A stretch of 64,000 bases of DNA from Marsupella aquatica (Eukaryota; Plantae; Marchantiophyta). This document shows, piece after piece, positions 1 to 11,742 of this stretch (position 1 is the first letter of the stretch; every line of letters begins with the position of its first letter). Made by a program: the position numbers and the translations under genes. The stretch spans positions 5,593,327 through 5,657,326 of the forward strand of contig OZ316897.1 of assembly GCA_973895155.1 (NCBI GenBank). The letters run 5' to 3'. Below the pieces are notes generated by a model. The model had not been told where the DNA came from and made no database searches. It worked only from the letters and a program-made list of their open reading frames with translations.

Positions 1-1663
1 ATGAGCGCAAGGCATGAAAAGGAAATCTGTTTTCCTCCAACTCTCTTACACGCATGATGTATTTGAGTGTGTGGAAGAGTGCCTCCACCTCCAAAGGAAA
101 CAAGCCTGCCTCTGCAAGTGTAAGTGCATATGGGGTTTGTGACTTGATCCCAAGCTCCATCTCAAGAAATAGCTTTTGCAGCCCCTCAATCTGTTGTCAC
201 CCAGATTTAGACACACCTGCTCCCCAAATTGGTGCTCCATAAAGAATGACTGGTTTCACCAAAGCTCCAAAGAGATGTTTCCTTAACCTCCAAGTGTGTA
301 GACCAGCTCTTTTGCATTTGTTCATGAATGCATAAAAAGCTCTGTACCCATTGGCAACCCTAGATTTTACACATGAGGCCCAACTCAAGTTTTGAGAGAA
401 CTCCACCCCAAGGTATTTGTAGGTCCTCACAAATTCCACCAGATTCCCTTGGAAGTAGAGCTCTGGATTTTGTCGTGTGCCAATGCCCAAACACTTGGTC
501 TTCTTGAGGTTGACTACCATCCCTGTTGCTTGACAAAACTCCTCCAAGGCATTGAGATGTCTTTGCAAAGCTTCTTGAGCATGAGCAAGTAGGACCACAT
601 CATCTGCAAATATAAGAAGTTGGAGGACAAACCTACCCAATTGAGTGCCAACTCCACCATGCTCCTCCAAAATGTTGTGTAGCTGATCAATGAAGATGCC
701 AAAGAGAGTTGGTGAGAGAGGACAACCTTGGATCACCCCAAGAGTGCTCCAGATTTCTTCAGAGGTTTCCTTTGAAAGTTTGATGCGCACTTCTTGGTAC
801 AATTTAGAAACAGCCAACCTGAGCTCTTCAGGCACTTCCAACTCCACCATCCTATCCCAAAGCTTGGATCGGGAAACTTTGTCAAAGGCCTTGGAGAAGT
901 CCACAAACAAGCAAAATAATGGTTTATGTGAAGATTTGGCCTTTTCACACAACACCCTCAAGCAGAGAATGTGATCCATAGTGCTGAATTCTCTCCTAAA
1001 ACCTGCTTGTGAAGGTGCCCTTTTCATCTCACTCTCCAACCAAGAGCTTAATCTGGTTTCAAGTAGTCCTCCCAAAACTGTAGCAAAAGTATTGCCTACC
1101 ATGATGGTTCTGTAGTTGTGCACATCGTCCTTGTTGCCTGCCTTGAAGATAGGCACCACTCTTCTGGTCATCCAAGCTTTAGGTAAACCTAAAGCCATTG
1201 CTTGATTCAGCTCATGCACCAAGTTTGTTAGTAAAGAGGGTCCTCCCCACAAAAGAAGCTCCAAGTTCAGGCCCAACAGATCTTTAGCTTTCCCATGTTG
1301 CATGTGGGAAAGATGCACCTTCACCTCCCTCTCTGTAAACTGAATGGTGTCCCCAAGGGGCAAAGGCATGCCACTAGCATCTGGAAAGAAATACAAGGAT
1401 GTGACATAGGTTACCAGGTCCTGGTGATCCAAGGGGGGAGTAGTCTTGCCTGATTGCATTCTCACCCAAAAACGTTTTGGATGTTTGATGAACTCCTCAC
1501 ATAGTGATTGTTGATGACTCTTCAAGAAGCACCTCTTCTTGTGTTTGATGAAGTTCTTGTACATAGTGAATGCCAAAAGTCTCTTTTCCCCTGGATGTGA
1601 TCTTGCTTGCATCCTTGCTCTAGCACAATCCTCGTCAAACCAAGCCTTCATGTTTTGCTTTCT
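1..1663 (-). mobile_element. RTE-X-like non-LTR retrotransposon, copy 1 (5'-truncated at 1663; 3' end lies beyond window start)
   Basis: Near-identical to copies at 8460-9478 and 36411-40313; homology to the 39093-40313 segment stops at 1663. Confidence 0.9.
197..1651 (-). pseudogene. LINE ORF2 reverse transcriptase with nonsense mutation
   Basis: RT motifs VDFSKAFD, GVIQGCPLSP, IFADD, YKYLG; TGG>TGA at 197-199 relative to the intact copy at 36540-38390. Confidence 0.9.
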
Positions 1664-2573
1664 TGTGAATGTTGTCCCCCATGCGATGCATGCTCAGCTT
1701 GGCTACCGCAAACGTGGCCAAAGGCAACCCGGATACGGTTGCGGGCTCCTTCCTTTTCCTACCCCGAGACTGATTCCTGGGGTGACTAGAAGAGGGGGAT
1801 ATCTCTCCATCCTCTCGGTCTGGTGGTGGTAGCGCAACTGCCGTGAATATTGGTGCCAAGGCCGCTAGAGTTACCGTGTTATCCCCTCGGGCTTGCTGGA
1901 GTGGTGCTGAGTTGTTCGGCGCTTGTTGAGTCGTACCCCGCGGCCGTCAATTCAGAGGAGGGTGAGCCTCCTCATCTTTGGAGCTAATATTCACCGCATT
2001 CACCACGGATCGTACTCGGAGAGGTGGTGGGACTCGTGGCAGGGACCGGCTTGGCTGAGGCCGAGGAGGTGTAGGTGCGGGTACGGGCATGGGTTGGCCG
2101 GCACTGGTCGCTGATGGTAGAGTTGCCGTGAAGTTCTGCAGGTGCCGGTGGAGGTTTTCCGAAGCAAGTGAAGACGGCCCTGTCGACCGGGCAGTGTTGA
2201 ACTCGCTGTTGATGATAGCCCGGACCCGAGCAGGGATGTGGTCAAAGTGGTGCCGCTGCAAGTCAATCGTGCCCGGGATATTGAAGACCTCATCCGAAAG
2301 CCGAAGCAATGCTTCCCAGAAGCCGATGTATTTGCCTCCGTCGAAGAAGTACTCTGATACTTCTTTGGGTCGGTAAAGCTCGCTCTAGGACGGGTAATCA
2401 AAGTTAAGGAGATAGTGGTGTCGTCCTGCTAGGCGGATGGCTCTCTCGTATTCGCGTTCGATCTCTTATCGGCGCGGGTTGGCGTGTTTCAATGAGTCGG
2501 CCAAGTGCCCTCCGATAGACAAGAACTGAGTCCAGAATTGTATGGCCAAACTGGAAAGGATCGTGTGCGACAT
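1664..2573 (-). pseudogene. Degenerate single ORF (>=300 codons, 3 in-frame stops) of unknown, probably TE-borne protein
   Basis: ORF-track pieces 1947-2309 and 1635-1859 share one frame with an ATG at 2573; TATAAAAG on minus strand at 2672-2679; 3' end cut by LINE copy 1. Confidence 0.45.
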
Positions 2574-3568
2574 TCAAAGGAGATAGCAGGTGACTAAGGA
2601 AAAAGCGAGAGAGCCGGGGTCAAAATTGGCGCGTGGACTGAAGAACTGGTGCACTACAAAGGATCGGCCCACTTTTATACCCTGAGAGCTCATCGATCGC
2701 CCGACGTCTCCTCGTCGCTTATAGGCCGAGCCTTTCACGCTCGCAGTGTACCGGTCCCTTCGCTGGTACGGGTCAGCTCATGTCAGTGGCCGCCTCCCGG
2801 AGTTTGTTATACGGACCAAGGGAGGGGGAAAGGGGGCCCATTACATGCTCGCAATCCGGGCGTGCGAATGGCGACCCGCCGCCAGCCCGAACATGAATTC
2901 CCCTTATTGACTAATGATTTCCTACTCATAACGGCTACCTAAATACTGTCATTATGCTAATAATAATAGCCTAAGATACCCCTAATGCGCATGCTAAGCG
3001 CGGTTAGACCAAATCACTCATTACACAACTAGATTTTGTTGCGTCGGATGCTAACAATACCTCCTCATAATCATTGTTAATATAATTAACGACTTCCATG
3101 ACTACGTTTATAACTACATCCGACGTAACGGCAATGTCGGAGAAATCTAAGCGCCAATTGCCCCCATTTTAACGTCGCTGGAAACACGTTTAAAATTAAC
3201 GTCTCTGGATGAGTTGTCCTAAATGTCGTTTTGGTCGTCGTTCAATATTAACATCGTATTAGAGGACGTAATGTGTTTAGGGTATAACGACGTCAATGTT
3301 TACGTCATGGAGGGAGCCGTTAAAGTGGTAACGTTGCTCTGTAGGACGTTCCAATTGAATCAAGCCATGTTAGACGTTGAGTACATTGGTGTGGACGACT
3401 TGAATGAGGAGTAGTCCATGCTGACTCGAGTATAGCTTGGGTTTTCTATGGGAGGATTTTGGTTTAAGAGTGCTGAGACCAAAGTAGGCTTGCGTTTGTG
3501 ATTTTTGGAGAATGCACTCTTCCTGAGTACAGAGAAATTGCAGCGTGGGATAGACTCAATATTCAATC

Positions 3569-4168
3569 ATGGTGCGCAAGTTCTTCAAGGATGTGCATTG
3601 TTGCTTCCTTCCACTTGGTGAAGAGGACAAGACTATCCATGGGTTCTTTTGTCGGGGAGGCGTTATTGAGAAGTTGTGTACCTCAGAAACAGACTACTTG
3701 CTGGCCTATACGTGGAAAGAAGTTGTTGAGCACTTCAGTGACTACCATGGATTGATCGAGCACTTTGCAGAGACAGTTCATTTCATTTCTATCCGTTGGG
3801 TAGAGTGCTCAATTCTGGCCAACAAACAGTTGGATCCAAGAGACTTCCTGCTGCATCCAGGTGATGATCAGATGTTGGATGAGGCGCCCAACCCAGATGA
3901 TGGGGAGGCATATCCACCTACATTGCCCAAATGTGAGCTGTCTCCGACTGAGCTTCACATTGTCTTGTATGATTACAAGGAAAGTTGTGCAGCTGAGGTT
4001 GAGGCTGAAAGGCTAAAGGCTGGGGAAGAAGTCGTCCGGAAGAAATGGAACCAGAGGCAGAGGCGTGATTCTTATAAAAGAAGGAAGGCAGATGAGGAGT
4101 ACTACTGGTCTGGTGAAGGAACTCCTTCAGTAGCAACAATCTGGATGTCAATGGATGAGGCAGTTTAG
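3569..4168 (+). CDS. BRCT-domain protein inside the CACTA element
   Basis: Intact 199 aa ORF; FFKDVHCCF..RGGVI..SETDYLL..VHFISIRWVECSI..KQLDPRDF matches the BRCT pattern (GG turn, T-[HD]-[LY] strand, WxxxS helix). Confidence 0.7.
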   Translation: MVRKFFKDVHCCFLPLGEEDKTIHGFFCRGGVIEKLCTSETDYLLAYTWKEVVEHFSDYHGLIEHFAETVHFISIRWVECSILANKQLDPRDFLLHPGDDQMLDEAPNPDDGEAYPPTLPKCELSPTELHIVLYDYKESCAAEVEAERLKAGEEVVRKKWNQRQRRDSYKRRKADEEYYWSGEGTPSVATIWMSMDEAV

Positions 4169-7100
4169 TGATTCGGCTAGGTTATAGTTGCTTTGTGGTG
4201 GACATGCAATGTGCTTTGTAGGACCTTTGTATCTCTATATCATACTGAATCTGAATAAAGACTCCCTCATGTTTTTCATTTTGAATGCATGTGCCAATTA
4301 ATGTCACCACTGTCATTAACGCCGTGCGGATATAGTAACGTTGCAATACACAACGTCTTTGGTTTAATACGTACCCTAAAATGACGTAAGTTAGTTTAAC
4401 GTCGTTTTAAGTGGAGAATCAACGTCGTGTGGAGTAACGTAAACTGGGTCGTGGCTAAATTAACGTCGTTGAAGGCTCAATAAAACGACGTTAATTGGAA
4501 TTAACGTCTGCCTGGTACGACGTAGTTTGAAGATACATTGGTCTACCGAACATAATAGTCATACAACGATGTTACCCACAGATGCTACAAACCCACATGA
4601 AGGTGGCCATAACAAATATATACATGCACTGAATACATTTATGGTCATGGATCCATATCATCTACAATTACTAAAGCCATCAAACCCTTCCTCCGTCGTG
4701 GGAAGATGGGAATGACGATGGACCATCCTCTCATAGTGTGCATCGGAACCATAATACACTGATCCACCTGGCTAGGAAATACTATAGTGTCACTAACCTC
4801 AGTCCCGGATGGTGCTACACGAGTCGTGTCTACCCGATAGAACCCACACTCATCTTTCACCATGGTGGCTCTATGTGGAGGTGACATGATGGATTTGTGC
4901 CACCGCACCTCTAACACAATAGTAGTAAATGACCCAAAGTGAACGTCTAAAATATCCAATATAGTGCCACAATAGGGAATCTCAACATCACCTGGGTCTG
5001 TCAACATGAACACTCCTGAGTTACATGTACTCTTCTTCATGTGATCTGTCCTCCAAGTGCGAAAGTGGTGCCCTGACTCATACATGTGTGTATGGGTCGT
5101 TGCCCACAACCCTGGTCCCCTAATGATGTTCTGTACATCAATGGGAATGGATAAGGGTCCATGCTCTGCAAGGAGCCTATCCATGCGCTCCAATGCCCAT
5201 ACGCAAAATAATGCATACCGTCGTGCAACTATCGGTTGCTGCTCCAAGAATGCACTGCAAAAAATGTATGAATCCATGAGAATATTGCGACCTCATCCAC
5301 AGAAGTGCTCCTTGAACCCACTCTAACTTCTACACACATAGAATGTAGAACAACGTCTACTGTTAGATTAACATATATATAGAGTTGCATATATGTACCT
5401 ATGCAACTCCCTCCACTGAGACATCTCTGGGCGATTTCCCAACACATAATTGTGGATCTGTAGGCGAAGTATGTCGTCATGTAGTGAACGCTTTTTTATG
5501 CACCCATCAAACGCAACCCACCATTGTCATCATCTTGTGCCTCTTCCCAAGCTGTGGGAGCTTCTGTGTCCAAACTCCCTATCATCCCTCCGGAATAAAA
5601 GAGGCACTCCGACATGATATACCCCGTTGCCATACTTCCCTCTGGTCGAGCTGGTTGACGCACCATGGACTTGAGCACTTTCATGAAGCGCTCTACCCAA
5701 TACATCCAACGTGCATGGACAGGACCAGCAATCGCGACCTCATCCACCAAGTGACATAGTAAATGCAATTGCATGTCAAATATGCATGGGGGAAACACCT
5801 TCTCCATATTGCACATCACGCGAGCTGACCTCTCCCTCATCAAAGGAATCTCAGACTCCTTTACCTCCTTAGCGCATACCCACCTATGTTCCTCCTCAAA
5901 ACCATCAAAGATTTTGTATATCAGATCCACATAGGGCCATAGAAAAATGAGTTTGAAATACTTGTTGAATTACATGGCTCCTCCAGCGGTAACAAGAACT
6001 TGCAAGAGAGCAATGGAAGAGAGGGTATGTTATCATACCTAAAAATGGAGCACATCTCATATATAGTCAGACGGAGTAAACGACGCTCCCGGGAATCATC
6101 ACAACAATGCAAGACTGCTGGTAGCACATGTTGTATCAACGTGTGATAATCATGAGACTTCAACCCTATTGGGGGTATGTGATCATTCCTTGTAGTGCAC
6201 CCACGAAAACCAGCTCCGTAATGGCTAGGGAACTTCATCTCGCTTATCATCCCATTCATGTCCTTCAAAACCTCTCTTGGCAAAATCCAAGGACCAGGAG
6301 GTTTCTCCCCAGTACGTGTTATCCAACAACTCTTCACTACTCCAACCCTCTCAGCATCCTCTCGGACTCCACGAGTGTCATTCGTCCCATAAATGTGCTT
6401 CACCAAGTTCTTAGCAACATTCACTTCAATGTGCATGGGGTCCAACAACCATCGAACCTGGAGTCTCTGGAAATTGAAATAACATATTGAATCAGTTGCA
6501 ATCTCTAAATTAAGCATTTTATTGGTCTAATTTGTTGTAAAGGAACCATGCACTTCTATCACTTACCCTCCAATAAGGCAAGTCCCACATAGCTGAGCGT
6601 CGGTTTACTCCACAATCCTTGGGTTTCAGTAACTTTGCTTCCACCTTCTCTGCCATTTGAATTTGTCCTTCAGCTGAAGGGCCATTAGGACATGGCTGCA
6701 CTTCAGTCTCTGCCCAATGTGTTGTGTTTTGTCGCAAGTGGTCATCCATTGCCAACCGGACCCTACTGCCCTCATATGTGGTTTTGTGCAGTAGTCTTGA
6801 GTACCTCCCACGCAACTCTGGGCCACATGAAGGGCAAGCTGAAAAACCTGCCACCTTCAGGCCAGATATTGTCCCCATACCTGCCATTTCATTGAACCAT
6901 GTTCAGACCACAAATAACCCCAACACTTGCATTGTACATGACATTGTGCAAACAATAGTCATTGGGTTGCCCAATGAATTACCTGGACCATCTGTGGTGC
7001 AATGAGTGATCATCACCCTCATATTGAAGGTCCTGCCATTGCCTGCTTCACGAGTGACATCTGTTGTCACTGCTCCAACCTCCCATAGATTATGTAGCTC

Positions 7101-8459
7101 TTCATAAGCTGGAGCCAAACAGATATCAGGATTCTTACAGGCCTTGGGTCCAGGAATTATAGCTAATAAAAGCACATGACCCTTCTTCATTGCCAACCAT
7201 GGAGGGATGTTTTGATTTATCAAAAGAACAGGCCAGATGGACTTAGGCTTCCGTCGTTGTTTATATGGGTTCACTCCATCGATTGCCAACCCCAAACGAA
7301 CATTTCTTGGCTCCTGGGCAAAATTTGGCCCAAGTGGCATCAATGTGCTTCCACGCTGGACTATCTTGGTGGTATTGCATTATCCCTGGTGGGGATTTGT
7401 TCTCCACATGCCAAGTCTGTAGTGTGGATAAGTGCTTTCGTCGGTAGAGATGCTAAAGTCGGGGAGTGATTGGGAAATAACGAAAAACCTGCCAGATCCA
7501 ATGTAACGTCGTCAATTTGACGACAATCACACTAAACGTCCTTCCACACTATGTATTATTAAAACTAACATCGTGGAGGACAACGTTTCTTACATACGAT
7601 GTACCATGCGACGTTAGTTATTGCATCCCATACGACGTAAAAACAAAAAAACCTCAGGTGGAAAGACATAAAGTGAGATGGACGACGTAAAGTAATCAAT
7701 TACATAGTCATGTACGACGTTGTTTGAAAGAATGCAATGTTAAAAGTTGGACTTTCTTGTTCTCACATTGCGTTGAGGAAAACATTACCTTTTCTGCAAT
7801 CTTGTCTCCAATGGTGTCTGGTCGATACCGTGGAAGCCTACAGTGCTCCTCTGGGCAGTGAGTGTGATCCTTGTACACCCCTCTATACAAGATGCACCCA
7901 CCTGGGCACATGTGGATAGTCTCTAAAGCCAATTCAATTGAGGCTAACAACTTCTTAGCCTCCCTCACACATCCAGGGAGAGTGTTTGGTTGGGGCAAGA
8001 GTTTTCCGTGGAACAATTGGAAGAGTGCATCTGTATGGACATCCGAACCATTGAAAACTCCTTGCAAATTCAACATCAGCAAAGTTGCACCCAACCTGGA
8101 TTTGCAAAACCACAAACACCAGAATTTTTGCAGTTAGTCCAAGTAGCTAGATGGCATGCCTGGCACTACAACTTAGACTGCCCAATATTCACTGGATGAA
8201 ATTCCAGAGTTGTGATAATTTTAGGACAACCTTATCGTGAGGATGGAGATCCCTCAAATAGTGGTGTTCTGGCTTCAGTCTCCAAGTGATCCCAATCTTC
8301 TTGATCCACTTCCATGATAGGGTGCTCGGCGTCAGGTGCATGAGGTCCAAAGTGAACGTCAACAAGGTGGGCAAAGGCATCTTCTTCAAGGATAGGGTCA
8401 TCTCCCTCATCTCCCTCATCGTCAACATCATCATCCAACTCTCCATCATCATCCAAAAT

Positions 8460-9478
8460 AAATGCAAAAGAGCTGGTCTACACACTTGGAGGTTAAGGAA
8501 ACATCTCTTTGGAGCTTTGGTGAAACCAGTCATTCTTTATGGAGCACCAATTTGGGGAGCAGGTGTGTCTAAATCTGGGTGGCAACAGATTGAGGGGCTG
8601 CAAAAGCTATTTCTTGAGATGGAGCTTGGGATCAAGTCACAAACCCCATATACACTTACACTTGCAGAGGCAGGCTTGTTTCCTTTGGAGGTGGAGGCAC
8701 TCTTCCACACACTCAAATACATCATGCGTGTAAGAGAGTTGGAGGAAAACAGATTTCCTTTTCATGCCTTGCGCTCATCTTCAGCTAAAGGGTGGTATGC
8801 AGATGTGTGCAGGTGGGCCCATGCTTGGGATTTTCCTGAACATGAATGGCCAACACACCCAACCAAGCTAAGAGCAAAACTTGAGCAAAAGGCTTTGCAC
8901 AAACTTTGGCATGAACCTAGCCCACGGCAGCAATACTACATGAGAGATGTGAACCCCATGAAGAAATATCGAGAACAAGAATACTTATCTAGCACTATCT
9001 CAGTACAACTTAGACAACTTATTGCTCAGTATAGACTAAGCTCACACCACCTTGAAGTAGAACAAGGGAGATGGAAGGATATTGACAGGAAAAAGAGGGT
9101 TTGTCAACTATGTGATAGCTCTAGTATAGAGAATGAATATCATGTATTCATTGCTTGCAAGTTTTATGAGGGGGTTAGGATGGCATCTCAAATCTTGGTG
9201 AAAGATTTGTATGCATTGTTTGGTCTGCCCCCTCAGCAACTTGGAAGATATATCTTTGCGGTGGATAGGGAAAGGAGAATAGGTTTGGAAAATCTTTCAG
9301 GGCTCTCTAGGTCCATAGGGCTCTCTAGGTCCATAGTTTCTTTGAGGACATAGTTGTCCTCTTCTGAGCAATCTCTTTTGGTTGCTCTTTTCTTTGATTG
9401 CATTGTACTTTACTTTTTGTGGCAGCTCCTTTGACTTTCATGGTCCCGGAGCTTATAATACATTACCATTACCATTAC
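8460..9478 (+). mobile_element. RTE-X-like LINE copy 2, 5'-truncated, inserted in a CACTA transposase exon
   Basis: ORF2 C-terminus with CQLC..ENEYHVFIAC; (CATTAC)3 tail 9461-9478; 18-bp TSD CATCCAACTCTCCATCAT at 8432-8449 and 9479-9496. Confidence 0.95.
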
Positions 9479-9795
9479 CATCCAACTCTCCATCATATGC
9501 ATCATGGTACTCCTCATCCTCATCGTCCATCTCATCATGGTCAAGGGGCTGACCCTCAGCATCCTCCTCGTCTGAGAAATGTAAGGTGGCACGTACATGA
9601 AAGGCATGGGCTGATGTAGTCATCATTGATGGGTGAGGTGTGGGAGTAATATGTACACCATCCTAGAGTTTTCAATATGCAATGACAAATCACAATTAGA
9701 GAAAGGGTTTCCGTGATAAAGCTTACAGTGAAACATCAATAATGAAAAATGCAAGGGTCACCCCATAATGAATATGTCATGTACACATGTAAACA

Positions 9796-10611
9796 TCAAT
9801 GCCAATCATAATCTACGAGAATCTCTTCCCCTGCTCTAATGGTGCGGGTAGCATGTGTCAAGATGTAATGCGTGCATGCTACAGGCAAACGAGGGTGACT
9901 CTGGTCATGGAACTCGTGCCACTCAGCATTTGGCCTAAACCCTGAACGCCGAGAACCAATAGTGCTGTTGATGTAACCCGCCAAGTTCCCCGTGCGAGGT
10001 GGGTAACCATCAATCTGAGCATACCTAGGGTCCAACTTTAGTGACATGCCATATCGACTAAAGGTTGGGCACTGTCGGGACAAGATGCGCCATCTCGCCG
10101 CCGAATACTTGGGCCCATAGAATGGAAACAACTGAGGCAAATCATCGGGTGCACAATCGATAGGGACCACGATATCCACAAGAGCAAATACTCCAAGTCC
10201 TACATGAGTCCCCAATGTGGAGGGGAGGATGACCCATGGGCGGTCCCAAACTATAATAGGCTCCCAAAGCGGGAGGTCCATAGGGAGTCCAAACTGGGTT
10301 GGGAAGGAGTCCTTTAAGATGTCCAAGGCTCTCCCTCGCAACTGTCTCGGTGCTCGGGACACCGATGCATCAAGAAAAGGGCATCGGGGTGGAACAATCC
10401 TAGGTGGACGGGACTCAATCGATCGGGGTCTAGTGGTCACCACTACTCCCCTCTCAATAGGGTGCATCCTAAACACTCTCCTCCTCCGAAATACACGGTC
10501 TATCTCCCTCAATGTGGCTGGCAAATTGGATGGATGGACGAGTGGTGTGAGTGCACGATATGCAATGTCTCTCAAGCGGTCCACAGGCAAAGATCGCACT
10601 ACAACAGGAAT
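9796..10611 (-). CDS. SET-domain (lysine methyltransferase-like) exon within intron 1 of the CACTA transposase
   Basis: Open frame with STL..GLGVFA, F.FYG, IDG..GNLAGYINS..PNA, ATRTIRAGEEILVDY; phase-0 CAG acceptor at 10614-10612. Confidence 0.8.
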   Translation of the reverse strand: MPVVVRSLPVDRLRDIAYRALTPLVHPSNLPATLREIDRVFRRRRVFRMHPIERGVVVTTRPRSIESRPPRIVPPRCPFLDASVSRAPRQLRGRALDILKDSFPTQFGLPMDLPLWEPIIVWDRPWVILPSTLGTHVGLGVFALVDIVVPIDCAPDDLPQLFPFYGPKYSAARWRILSRQCPTFSRYGMSLKLDPRYAQIDGYPPRTGNLAGYINSTIGSRRSGFRPNAEWHEFHDQSHPRLPVACTHYILTHATRTIRAGEEILVDYDWH

Positions 10612-11360
10612 CTGTTCCACATGTTCACCAAAACAAGTTCAGAATATGACAATCAAAAAACAATTCAAGGAAGGAGATGTTATCATAATTGCAATACCCA
10701 ACAAAATTGTATTACCTCTCGGGTCGGGGGGGTGTAACGACCATGGATCCCTAAATGGCTAAGGACAGTGGTCCTCTCGTGTAAGACAACACCCTTGCAT
10801 CGTCTGCAAGGGCAAGGCATCTTGCGAACTGGCCCAATCCCCTGAAGAGCAGCCATGGCCTCTCCAAATCCATCAGCATGATGGGGGCTCCGGCCTCTCC
10901 TACCCTCGGAATGATGTCTGCGTCGACGATGCCTGGATCGGTGACGCCTAGATCGATCATACATGTCTGGTGAGTAATCTCTCTCCCGGTCCGACAGGTC
11001 GTCCCTCCCCCTATGATGATGGTCATCTCTGCGTCGGGTGTAAGTACCCCCACCATGGTTCTCATAGGATGAGTCATCCCTCCTCCTCCCTCCCTCGTCA
11101 TCCCTCCTCCTCCGCCGCTCGTCATTGCTCCTATAGCCCGATGAAGCTGAACTCCCCCTATGCCAATGATGGTGTCTATGTCGGTGAGAACTACCGCCAT
11201 GCTCATCGTCATCATCACACGAGTCATCCCTTCGCCTATCCGACTCATCATACGTCCCCCTATGATGATGATGGTATCTGTGCCGATGATGCCTGCCCCC
11301 ATCATGGTCCGATGCATAGGTTGCCATATCCCCTATGATCAAATTTACAAAGGCCCCCAC

Positions 11361-11742
11361 AACATATTAAACCCCAAGCATAAACGTATCCCACTACGTT
11401 AACCAAAATAACGTCCATCCACATGACGTTTTTCTAAAATTAACGTCATTTTTTAGGTTATGGGGAGGTTGCTGAATTTAGTTTACGTCATAATGTACGA
11501 CATACTTAATAAGTTAACGTCGTTTGGTATGACGTAATTATGTGTAACGTCGTCACTAAACCCTACACCCCTGGTTAACGTTGTGATTAATGACGTTAAA
11601 TTAGGGTAACGGCAGGTCTCCAAGGTTCATGGGCTACGGCTATTTTCCTTTAACAAAACATCGGGAAGTGACTCAAATGTGACTCACATTCAACATTCAA
11701 CACTTCCCCTCTCCCCCTCTCGACCTCCTATCTTAACAGTGA
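11361..11742. promoter_or_regulatory. Putative bidirectional promoter region of the CACTA element
   Basis: Lies between divergent transposase (-) and TnpA-like (+) genes; packed with AACGTC/GACGTT/TACGTC motifs. Confidence 0.45.

Larger units (their letters stand above)
4645..11327 (-). pseudogene. CACTA TnpD-like transposase, multi-exon (transposase-associated Zn domain, Transposase_21, DUF4218, DUF4216)
   Basis: CPCRRC..SHLGIHG; FAQEPRNVRLGLAIDGVNPY..SIWPV; LLDPMHIEVNV; GLKSHDYH; MEKVFPP..HLVDEV..RWMYWVERFM; NSGV..YCGTILDI. GT-AG introns; disrupted by a LINE insertion, stops and a GT>AT donor near 8235. Confidence 0.9.

Noticed and set aside
2652-2661. CACTACAAAG as the CACTA left terminus
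   Set aside because: No inverted match seen at the other end and no subterminal motifs until after 3019
8286-9353. 355-aa ORF as a gene
   Set aside because: Chimera of antisense CACTA sequence and truncated LINE ORF2
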